From positions 6,733 through 70,732 of the forward strand of contig JBGAPX010000004.1 of NCBI GenBank assembly GCA_044221045.1: a DNA stretch of 64,000 bases, read 5' to 3'. The DNA is from Gemmatimonadales bacterium (lineage in GTDB: Bacteria; Gemmatimonadota; Gemmatimonadetes; Gemmatimonadales; GWC2-71-9). Under the pieces are notes generated by a model. That model did not search any database and was not told the DNA's origin. It was given only the letters and a program-made list of their open reading frames with translations. The position numbers and the translations under genes were made by a program. This document shows, in pieces, positions 55,976 through 64,000 of the stretch (its first letter is position 1; every line of letters begins with the position of its first letter).

Positions 55976-56847
55976 TGATCGAACGCGACCTCCGCGCCCT
56001 GATCGGCGCCGACGCCCGCCGGGTGGCGCAGGTGGCCCTGGCCGAGGATGGCGAACGCGACATCACCACCGAGGTGAGCGTCGCGGCCAGCCAGGTCGGC
56101 ACGGGAGTGCTCGAGTTCCGCAGCGGCGGGATCGTGGCGGGGATGCCGTACGCCGACGCCGTGGCCACGGCATGCGGGCTGCCGCCGGTGACCTGGTACC
56201 ATGCCTCCGGCGCGTCGGTCCCCGCCGGCACCACCCTGGGGCTCCTGCGCGGCGACCTCGCCCGCATCCTGCGGGCGGAGCGGCCGCTGCTCAACCTGCT
56301 GCAGCGGGCGGTCGGCATCGCCAACCTGACCCGCCGCTATGCCGACGCGGTGGCCGGCACCGGAGCCCGGATTCTCCACACCCGCAAGACCGCGCCCGGC
56401 CTGCGCCTGCTCGACGTCACGGCGGTGGTCGCCGGCGGGGGGCACGTGCACCGCCTGGGGCTCGATACCACGGTCATGGTGAAGGACAATCACTGGCAGG
56501 CGCTGGCGCGAAGCGGACGGACGCTGCGGGCCGCCCTGGAACAGGCGCGGGCCGGCGGGATCATCGAGTGCTTCGTGGAGGTGGAATCGGGGGGCCAGCT
56601 GGAGCAGGCCTGCGCGGCGGGCGCCACCCGGCTGCTCGTCGACAACCAGGACCCGGCCACCGTGCGGTCGTGGACGGTGCGGGCGCGAACGCTGGCTCCC
56701 GGCATCGAGATCGAGGCCACCGGCGGCATCACCCTCGAGAACGTCCGGGCCTTTGCCGAGGCCGGGGTGGATTACATCTCGATCGGCGCGCTGACCCACA
56801 GCGTGCAGGCGGCGGATGTGGCCCTGGAGGTTGCCGAGGCGGGGTAA
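55972..56847 (+). CDS. nadC: Nicotinate-nucleotide pyrophosphorylase (carboxylating)
   Basis: ALAED..DITT, AERPLLN, TRKTAPGLR, HRLGL, KDNH, EATGGIT, ISIGALTHS. Confidence 0.96.
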   Translation: MMIERDLRALIGADARRVAQVALAEDGERDITTEVSVAASQVGTGVLEFRSGGIVAGMPYADAVATACGLPPVTWYHASGASVPAGTTLGLLRGDLARILRAERPLLNLLQRAVGIANLTRRYADAVAGTGARILHTRKTAPGLRLLDVTAVVAGGGHVHRLGLDTTVMVKDNHWQALARSGRTLRAALEQARAGGIIECFVEVESGGQLEQACAAGATRLLVDNQDPATVRSWTVRARTLAPGIEIEATGGITLENVRAFAEAGVDYISIGALTHSVQAADVALEVAEAG

Positions 56848-56857
56848 GGACTTAGGG

Positions 56858-56896
56858 GGGAAGCGGGAAGCGGGAAGCGGGAAGCGGGAAGCGGGA
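56858..56896 (+). repeat. (GGGAAGC)x5
   Basis: Counted directly. Confidence 0.9.
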
Positions 56897-56945
56897 TCCC
56901 GAAGCTACCGCGACTCCCTCGGGTACGCCGTGCTTCCCTGCCGCA

Positions 56946-57009
56946 GTATCGCCTTGCCACCTTACCGCCCTACCGCCTTACCGCCCTACCGCCCTACCGC
57001 CCTACCGCC
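56946..57009 (+). repeat. (YTACCGCC)x6 plus 2 degenerate units
   Basis: Counted directly; same unit as 42112-42151. Confidence 0.9.
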
Positions 57010-58355
57010 CACCGCTTCCAGCCGTAGTACACCGGCACGCCGGACAGGATCACCGCCACATCCACCACGAAGGCCTTCGGCTCGGACACCAGGTAGTTGC
57101 CGAGCAGGAACAGCGACCCCGCAAGGAAGAGCAGCGGCACCCCTGGGTAGCCCGCCGTGCGGTACGGCCGCGGCAGCTCCGGCCGGGTGCGCCGCAGCAC
57201 GAACACCGCCGCCACCGCCAGCGCGTAGAACGGCCAGATGCCGATGACGAACTGGTCGGCGAGTTCGGTGAAGGTCTTGATCAGCACGAAGATCACGCCC
57301 AGCACCGCGGCCAGGACGATCGCGGCGGTCGGCGCGCCCGTCCGGGGGTCGACCCGGGCGATCGCCTTGGGAAAGAGCCCGTCCTCCGCCATCGCGAAGA
57401 AGATCCGCGGCGCGGTCATCATCGAGCCGTTGAGGGTGCCGAAGGTGCTCACCGCCACCGCCGCCGAGATGGCCACGATGCCGGCGGGGCCGATCAGCAG
57501 GCTGGCCACGTCGGCGGCCACCAGCTCCGCCTGCTGCATCTGCCCGATCGGGATGAGGTAGAGGTAGACCAGGTTGGCGCCGAGGTAGAGCACCACCACG
57601 ATGGACGTACCGATCACCAGCGCGCGCGGCAGGGTGCGCTGGGGGTCCCGCACCTCCCCGCCGACAAAGGCGAGGTCGGCCCAGCCGTCGTAGGCCCACA
57701 GGATCGAGACCATCGCCAGCAGGAAGGGCGAGGCAGACACCGCGGCCCGCTGGTCCAGCATGGGGCCGACCCCCAGCCCATCACCCAGCAGGAAGCCGAG
57801 CACCACCAGCGCGGCGAGCGCGCCCACCTTGAAGGCGGTGCTCACGTTCTGGATCACCGCGCCGCGCTTGATGCCGAAGTAGTTGACCGTGGCCACGAGG
57901 ATGATGAAGCAGGCGCCGAGGGCCTGGTCGCCCCGGACCGGCAGGCCCAGCAACGGGGCCGCCGGGTCCAGCCCCACGGTCCGCAGCGAGTAGGCCGAGG
58001 CGGTGATGCCGATGGCGCCGTAGGCGCCGGGCCGGATGATCAGCAGCTCGGCCCAGCCGAACAGGAAGGCGGTGAGCGGCCCGAACGCCTCCCGCAGGAA
58101 GACGTACATCCCGCCGCTGCGGGGAAAGGCGGCCGCCAGCTCGGCGTAGGTGAGCGCGCCGCTGACCGCCACCACGCCGCCCACCACCCAGGCCAGCAGG
58201 AACAGCGGCACGTCGTCGATCCGCGTGGCCACCGAGGCCGGGGTGCGGAAGATGCCGCTGCCGATGGTGGAGCCCACCAGCACGGCCACGGCGCTCCACA
58301 GGCCAAGGCGGCGGGACAGGCGTTCGCCCCAGGGATCTTGGGGGGTCTCTGTCAT
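56994..58355 (-). CDS. APC family amino acid permease
   Basis: GSTIGSGIF, YAELAAAFPRSGG, WAYDGW, RPYRTAGYP. Confidence 0.95.
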   Translation of the reverse strand: MTETPQDPWGERLSRRLGLWSAVAVLVGSTIGSGIFRTPASVATRIDDVPLFLLAWVVGGVVAVSGALTYAELAAAFPRSGGMYVFLREAFGPLTAFLFGWAELLIIRPGAYGAIGITASAYSLRTVGLDPAAPLLGLPVRGDQALGACFIILVATVNYFGIKRGAVIQNVSTAFKVGALAALVVLGFLLGDGLGVGPMLDQRAAVSASPFLLAMVSILWAYDGWADLAFVGGEVRDPQRTLPRALVIGTSIVVVLYLGANLVYLYLIPIGQMQQAELVAADVASLLIGPAGIVAISAAVAVSTFGTLNGSMMTAPRIFFAMAEDGLFPKAIARVDPRTGAPTAAIVLAAVLGVIFVLIKTFTELADQFVIGIWPFYALAVAAVFVLRRTRPELPRPYRTAGYPGVPLLFLAGSLFLLGNYLVSEPKAFVVDVAVILSGVPVYYGWKRWAVGR

Positions 58356-58527
58356 GAAGAACCGGGGATGGGGAGGGGAATGGTCTGGGCCGGGTGGCAG
58401 TCTGTAAAGCATGAACTTGCCTTGAGTTGCCGCGCTTGACAACCCGTGTCCCAAGCCCGTTCTTTCCCCCCGCTGCCGGGGGGACCGGCGGCCCCCCGCA
58501 CGGCCAGAATCACCCGGAGTCACAGGC

Positions 58528-60471
58528 ATGAACGAGCAGGCCGCTGGCGGCGCCCAAGGGTACCGCCGCGTAGCCCTGATGGCGGCAGGCCTCGCAGTCG
58601 GCCTGATCACCCTGGGCGGCATCACCCGCATCGCCGGGGCCGGGATGGGTTGCGGGCCCGACTGGCCCCTCTGCAACGGCCGCATCCTCCCCACCCTCTC
58701 GGACCCCCTGGAGCTGATCGAGTGGAGCCACCGCTGGGTGGCGGCGATGCTCTCCGCGATGGTGGTCTGCCTCGCCGCCCTCACCTGGAAGCGGCACCGC
58801 GGCGACGCCTTCCTGCGCGGGCCGGCCTACGCCTCACTCTTCGTGCTGGTGCTCCAGGTGGTGCTCGGCGCCGTCACGGTGAAGTACTTCAACGCCGCGC
58901 CGACCGTCGTCATTCACCTCACCAACGCGATGCTGCTCCTGGCCATTCTCGTGGTGGCCGTGCTCCGCGGTGGCGAACGCCTGCGGGGCGAGCCGGTGGT
59001 GCCGGGACGGTCGCGGACCGCCGCGGCCATCGGCACCGGGTTCGCATTCGTGGTGCTCACTTTCGGGGCCTTCGTCGCCAACTACGACGCCGGGCACTAC
59101 TGCCTGGGATTCCCGCTCTGCGCAGGCACCTACACGCCGCCGGCCGAGGCGCTGGGCCGGCTGCACTATGTGCACCGGGTCCTGGCGTTCCTGTTCGTGG
59201 GGCACGCGCTGGGCATGGCGTTCGGTGCGGCCAAGCTCCGGGGCGAAGGCGCGGACAGCTACCGCCGGGCGGCCTGGTGGCTGGCGGGGCTGGCCGTGCT
59301 GCAGGTGAGTGTCGGGGCGGCCATGATGCTCCAGCTGATGCCCACCTGGCTCCGCGCCGGGCACCTCCTGGTCGGGTCCCTGGTCTGGGTGGCCTCGGTG
59401 GTGCTGGTGTTCCGCTCCCGCCGCGTGCTCGACGCCCGGGGCGTGGTGAGCCAGGACCCGGCCAACGATCCTGGGAGTATCATCGGGGCGGCGACCAGCC
59501 CGCTCGACGCCCCCGCGCCAGCGCCGGTCGCTGTATGGAAGGACCTGGTCACGCTGACCAAGCCTCGGATCATCTCGCTGCTCCTGCTCACCACCGTGGC
59601 CCCGATGTTCATCACGGGCCGCGGCATGCCATCCCTCTCCCTGGTCCTGTGGGTGCTGCTCGGCGGCTACCTCATGGCGGGCGGCGCCAACACCGTCAAC
59701 ATGTGGTTCGACCGGGACATCGACCACCTCATGTCGCGCACCCGGCTGCGGCCCATCCCGTCCGGGCGGATCCCCGCGTGGGCGGCGCTGGCCTTCGGGC
59801 TGGGGCAGGGCGCGATCGCGTTCTGGATCTTCTGGACCCGGGTCAATCCGCTGGCGGCGTGGCTGGCATTCGGCGGCTACGCGTTCTACGTGGTGATCTA
59901 CACCGCCTGGCTCAAGCGCCTCACCACCCAGAACATCGTGATCGGCGGCGCGGCCGGCGCCTTCCCGCCCCTCGTGGGCTGGACGGCCATGACCGGCTCG
60001 CTCGACCTGCCGGCGATCTACCTCTTCGCCATCATCTTCTTCTGGACCCCGCCCCACTTCTGGGCTCTGGCGCTGATCAAGCGGCAGGAGTACGCCAAGG
60101 CGGGCGTGCCGATGATGCCGGTCGTCTCGGGCGAGCACTGGACCAAGGTGCAGATGCTGGCCTACACCCTGATGCTGATCCCGCTCACCGTGATGCCGAC
60201 GGTCTTCGGGGCGCTGGGCCTGTTCTACGCGGTGGCGGCCCTGGCGCTGGGCGGGCGGCTCCTGTGGCTCAATATCCGGGTGCTCCGGGAGCAGGGCGTG
60301 TCGCCGACCACCTGGAAGATGTACAAGTATTCGCTGCTCTACCTGGCCCTGCTGTTCGTGGCCATGGGCGTGGACCGGGCCGTGCCGTTCGGGCACCGCT
60401 TCGAGCGGGGCGATGTGCTGATCCTCGACCGGCCGGAGGACGGCTGGCCGGCGCCCCGCTGGTCTCCGTAA
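58528..60471 (+). CDS. ctaA-ctaB: Fused heme A synthase (CtaA/Cox15) - heme O synthase (CtaB/CyoE)
   Basis: N-half: CGPDWPLCNG, IEWSHR and three further His; C-half: LTKPRI, DRDIDHLMSRTRLRP, QNIVIGG, WTPPHFWAL. Confidence 0.92.
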   Translation: MNEQAAGGAQGYRRVALMAAGLAVGLITLGGITRIAGAGMGCGPDWPLCNGRILPTLSDPLELIEWSHRWVAAMLSAMVVCLAALTWKRHRGDAFLRGPAYASLFVLVLQVVLGAVTVKYFNAAPTVVIHLTNAMLLLAILVVAVLRGGERLRGEPVVPGRSRTAAAIGTGFAFVVLTFGAFVANYDAGHYCLGFPLCAGTYTPPAEALGRLHYVHRVLAFLFVGHALGMAFGAAKLRGEGADSYRRAAWWLAGLAVLQVSVGAAMMLQLMPTWLRAGHLLVGSLVWVASVVLVFRSRRVLDARGVVSQDPANDPGSIIGAATSPLDAPAPAPVAVWKDLVTLTKPRIISLLLLTTVAPMFITGRGMPSLSLVLWVLLGGYLMAGGANTVNMWFDRDIDHLMSRTRLRPIPSGRIPAWAALAFGLGQGAIAFWIFWTRVNPLAAWLAFGGYAFYVVIYTAWLKRLTTQNIVIGGAAGAFPPLVGWTAMTGSLDLPAIYLFAIIFFWTPPHFWALALIKRQEYAKAGVPMMPVVSGEHWTKVQMLAYTLMLIPLTVMPTVFGALGLFYAVAALALGGRLLWLNIRVLREQGVSPTTWKMYKYSLLYLALLFVAMGVDRAVPFGHRFERGDVLILDRPEDGWPAPRWSP

Positions 60472-60575
60472 GGCCTGACGCCGCCGCTCGTGGACTCCCC
60501 GGGGGGAGTCGGGCACCCTCAGCCCGGCTCCCCCTGCCCTGTTTCGCCGCTCCGGTTTCCCGGTAGCTTTCCCCC

Positions 60576-62375
60576 ATGACGACCCCCGCCGCCCCGTCCC
60601 GCCGGAAGCTGCGATCGCCGACGGCCCTCAAGCGCCTGCTGCCGCTGATCCGGCCCCATCGCGCCGCGCTGGGGCTCGCGGTGTTCTGCCTCGTCGCGAG
60701 CACCGCAGCCAGCCTGGCCTTCCCACGACTCACCGGATGGCTGCTCGATGCCGCCTTCCTCCAGGGCGGGCGCGAGCAGCTCGACCGCAAGGCGCTGCAG
60801 CTGATGGCCGTGGTGCTCGCGCAGGCGGCGCTCAACTATGGCCAGGCGTACCTCCTCGCGGCGACCGGCGAGCGGGCCATCGCGGGGTTGCGCACCGCGC
60901 TCTACAACCGGCTGCTCGAGTTCCCGGTCGGGTTCTTCGCCGAGCGCCGGACCGGCGAGCTGGTGAGCCGCCTGACCACCGACATCGGCCTGCTGCAGGG
61001 AACCGTGAGCCACCAGGTGGCCGAGTTCAGCCGCCAGCTGCTCACGCTGGTCGGCGGCATCACGATGCTCGTTATCGTGCAGCCGCGGCTCACGCTGACT
61101 TCCCTCGCGGCGGTGCCGATCGCGGTCGGGGCCATCATCTTCTTCGGGCGCCGGCTGCGGCGGATGAGCACCGGGGTGCAGGACCGGGTCGCCGACGCCA
61201 CCGCGGTGGCCGAGGAGGCGCTCGGCCAGATCCGGACGGTGCAGAGCTTCGTGCAGGAGGACCACGAGCGTCGCCGGTACGCCGCCCGGATCCAGGAGGC
61301 GGTGACCGCGGCGCTGGTGCGGGCGCGGGTCCGGGGTGTGTTCTTCGGCGTCATCACCCTGGCCACCTTCACGGCAATCGTGGTGGTGCTGTGGCAGGGC
61401 GGCCGCCTGGTGCTCGACGGCAGGCTGACGCCCGGGACTCTCTTCACGTTCATGATCTACACGATCATGATCGCGGGCTCAGTGGCCTCGCTGGTGTCGT
61501 TCTTCAGCAACTACCAGGAGTCAGTTGGCGCGGCCGAGCGGGTCTTCGAACTGCTGGAGCAGCCCAGCGCGCTCCGGGATCCGGTGGGTGCGCCGCCGCT
61601 GGCCCAGCCGGCCGCCGGCCGGGTGGCGCTCGAGGGTGTCGGGTTCCGGTACCAGGCCGGCACGGACGATCGCTGGGCGCTGCGCGATGTGTCGCTCACG
61701 GTGGCACCGGGTGAGGTCGTGGCGCTGGTGGGCCCCTCGGGCGCGGGGAAGACCACCCTGGTGTCGCTGCTGCCGCGGTTCTGGGACGTCACGGAGGGTC
61801 GGGTGACGCTCGACGGCCGGGACGTCCGGGAGATTCCCCTGGCCGACCTGCGGCGGAGCATCGGGCTGGTGCCGCAGGAGCCCGCCCTCTTCAGCGGCAG
61901 CATTCGCGAGAACATCGCCTACGCGCGGCCCGAGGCTGGCCTGTCGGATATCGAGGCGGCTGCCCGCGCCGCCCATGCGCACGAGTTCATCGAGCGGCTG
62001 CCCCAGGGGTACGACACGGTGGTTGGCGAGCGGGGTGTCAAGCTCTCGGGGGGCCAGCGGCAGCGGATCGCCATCGCGCGCGCCATCCTCAAGGATCCCC
62101 GGGTACTGATCCTCGACGAGGCCACCAGCAGCCTGGATACCGAGAGCGAGCGCCTCATCGAGGACGCCCTCGAGCGGCTGCTGGTCGGCCGTTCCACCCT
62201 GATCATCGCCCACCGGCTTTCCACCGTGCGCCGCGCTGACCGGCTGGTGGTCATGGACCATGGCCGGATCGTGGAGCAGGGGAACCACGCCGAATTGCTG
62301 GCTCAGGGAGGGCTCTACGCCCGGCTCTATCAGCACCAGTTCCGCGAGGGAGATCCGGAGGCGGTCCTCCGCTAG
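60576..62375 (+). CDS. ABC exporter, fused permease/ATPase (MsbA-like)
   Basis: TGELVSRL, GPSGAGKT, LSGGQRQR, LILDEATS, IAHRLST. Confidence 0.95.
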   Translation: MTTPAAPSRRKLRSPTALKRLLPLIRPHRAALGLAVFCLVASTAASLAFPRLTGWLLDAAFLQGGREQLDRKALQLMAVVLAQAALNYGQAYLLAATGERAIAGLRTALYNRLLEFPVGFFAERRTGELVSRLTTDIGLLQGTVSHQVAEFSRQLLTLVGGITMLVIVQPRLTLTSLAAVPIAVGAIIFFGRRLRRMSTGVQDRVADATAVAEEALGQIRTVQSFVQEDHERRRYAARIQEAVTAALVRARVRGVFFGVITLATFTAIVVVLWQGGRLVLDGRLTPGTLFTFMIYTIMIAGSVASLVSFFSNYQESVGAAERVFELLEQPSALRDPVGAPPLAQPAAGRVALEGVGFRYQAGTDDRWALRDVSLTVAPGEVVALVGPSGAGKTTLVSLLPRFWDVTEGRVTLDGRDVREIPLADLRRSIGLVPQEPALFSGSIRENIAYARPEAGLSDIEAAARAAHAHEFIERLPQGYDTVVGERGVKLSGGQRQRIAIARAILKDPRVLILDEATSSLDTESERLIEDALERLLVGRSTLIIAHRLSTVRRADRLVVMDHGRIVEQGNHAELLAQGGLYARLYQHQFREGDPEAVLR

Positions 62376-62546
62376 GTCGTTTCGCTACAACCCGATGGTG
62401 GGCCTGTCCGGGTCGGGCCTCGGCGGTGCTACCTGGGTCCGCTGCGGGCATCCGGGCAGGGGGAGGCCTCTGGAAAGGAGCCTCCGCCGGTGATAGCCTT
62501 AACCCTCGTCCGGATTCCCCCTTCGATTCCCAGCCCAGACGGTCTC

Positions 62547-63944
62547 ATGCGCCTGCTGTTGCCCCCCCTCGCACCGGTGGCGGTCCTGTTGTTGGTCGGG
62601 TCGCTGGCCTGCGACTCCGACGATTCCACCAAGCCATCGCCACCTCCCCGGTTCGTGGGCGCCAGCGTCGCGGCCAATCCGAACAATGCCATCAGCGCGA
62701 CGGTGACCCTGACCGCCACGGGCTACGACAGCGTCTTCGTCCGCTTCTGGCACGACAGCGTGCCCGCCCAGCGGACGCCGTCCACGGCGTTCCTCGCGGA
62801 ATCGACGCTCACGCTGCCGGTGCTGGGCCTCGACACGGCGGCGGGGTACTCCTTCGAGGTCATGCTCGAGCGCAAGGGCAAGAAGCCCCGGGCGGCGGAC
62901 ACGCTGGCATTCACCAGCGGCTCGCTTCCCGCCTGGATCCCGGTGGTGGGCACGGTCGGTACCGACACCCTTCCCGGCTACCTGCTGCTCAGCCTCCCCA
63001 ACGGTCCGGTGATCGTCGACAACCTCGGCAAGGTGGTCTGGTACCGGTTCCGGCCGGGCGGGGTGCTCGGCTCCTGGACCGGCCAGCCAAACGGCACCTA
63101 CACCTGGCTGAGCGCCGCGGATTCCTCCGGCTACTACGTTCACGACGTGCTGGGCGAGGAGACCGGGCGGCTGGCGTGCGTGGGATACAAGACCCGGTTC
63201 CACGACGTGCTGGTGCAGGCGACCGGCGACGTGTGGATCATGTGCGACGAGGAGACCATCGAGGACTTGACCGCCTACGGGGGCATCGACACGGCGAAGG
63301 TGACCAGCACCGTGGTGCAGCATCTCGACCCCTCCGGCCAGGTCGCGTTCCAGTGGCGTTCCATCGACCACCTCTCCTTCGCCGAGAGCGACCCCTCGCT
63401 GCTCACGGGCGCCGCGGTCAACTTCACCCACGGCAACGCGATAGAACTGGATGCCGACGGGCTGCCCCTGGTCTCGTTCCGCAGCCTGGACGAGATCGTC
63501 AAGATCGATACCGCCACCGGCAATGTCCTGTGGCGTTTCGGCGGCCTGGCGAACCAGTTCACGATCCTGAACGACACCAAGGGGGCCTTCCAGCGCCAGC
63601 ACGGGCTCCGAGTGGTCGGGCTGGGGCACCTGCAGTTCCTCGACAACGGGACGCAGGTCCCGAGCCGGCTGGTGCGCTACACGCTCGATACGCTGGCCAT
63701 GACGGCCACCCTGGACTGGGAGTTCACCGACACGCCCACAACCTTCGCGGCGGTGGGCGGCTCCACCCAGGTTCTGTCCAACGGCGGCGGGCTGGTGAGC
63801 TTCGGTCCGGCCGGCCGGGTAGTCCAGGTTGATGCCGCCGGAGCGCGGGCGTGGGAACTGAGCGGCATCAACGGGACGTACGTCTTCAGGGCCCAGCGGC
63901 TCACCTCGCTGTACTTCCCCGCCAGCGGCCCCGAGCACCGGTAG
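62547..63944 (+). CDS. Aryl-sulfate sulfotransferase (ASST) family lipoprotein
   Basis: Lipobox SLAC; FHDV, THGNAI, SFRSLDEIVKID, RQHG, YVFRA. Confidence 0.8.
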   Translation: MRLLLPPLAPVAVLLLVGSLACDSDDSTKPSPPPRFVGASVAANPNNAISATVTLTATGYDSVFVRFWHDSVPAQRTPSTAFLAESTLTLPVLGLDTAAGYSFEVMLERKGKKPRAADTLAFTSGSLPAWIPVVGTVGTDTLPGYLLLSLPNGPVIVDNLGKVVWYRFRPGGVLGSWTGQPNGTYTWLSAADSSGYYVHDVLGEETGRLACVGYKTRFHDVLVQATGDVWIMCDEETIEDLTAYGGIDTAKVTSTVVQHLDPSGQVAFQWRSIDHLSFAESDPSLLTGAAVNFTHGNAIELDADGLPLVSFRSLDEIVKIDTATGNVLWRFGGLANQFTILNDTKGAFQRQHGLRVVGLGHLQFLDNGTQVPSRLVRYTLDTLAMTATLDWEFTDTPTTFAAVGGSTQVLSNGGGLVSFGPAGRVVQVDAAGARAWELSGINGTYVFRAQRLTSLYFPASGPEHR

Positions 63945-63962
63945 GCTGCCTCCGCTGCATCC

Positions 63963-63999
63963 GACGGGCCCGGGTCTCAGGTTCTGACCCGGGCCCGTC
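63963..63999 (+). terminator. Terminator-like hairpin
   Basis: Perfect 14-bp stem GACGGGCCCGGGTC / GACCCGGGCCCGTC. Confidence 0.75.
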
Positions 64000-64000
64000 T

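Noticed and set aside
58436-58465. TTGACA upstream of ctaA-ctaB as a promoter
   Set aside because: No convincing -10 hexamer at 16-18 nt spacing.

Overview
High-GC bacterial chromosomal window. The gene content (Ser/Thr kinase-TPR protein, SusC/SusD, SprA, lipoprotein hydrolases) suggests Gemmatimonadota, but this is inference only. About 44 CDS can be called by eye; no rRNA, tRNA, CRISPR array, transposase or integrase was seen. Left to right: (1) 1-829, a near-consensus sigma70 promoter driving two copies of an unrecognised structured-RNA-like motif, each upstream of a ~48-aa SD-led small ORF; (2) an ECF42-type sigma/YciI pair, an STK-TPR, an orphan Fae homologue, an M28 peptidase and a TerB-like protein; (3) a ~25 kb SusC/SusD polysaccharide-utilisation locus (4x GH13, GH97, GH77, GH2, GH147-like, MFS and SSS transporters) with a terminator in the susC leader and an inserted GxxExxY nuclease-like gene followed by a three-arm repeat hairpin; (4) a CoA-transferase and two tandem ZIP transporters; (5) a minus-strand run sprA - glutaminyl-cyclase-like M28 - comEA - pilB/pilT/pilC, divergent from lptF/lptG; (6) nadB-nadA-DUF2911-nadC, an APC permease, a ctaA-ctaB fusion, an MsbA-like ABC exporter and an aryl-sulfate sulfotransferase. 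Two families of short tandem repeats (G-rich 7-mers and YTACCGCC 8-mers) recur in intergenic gaps. All calls are by visual motif recognition; no database searches or folding programs were run.
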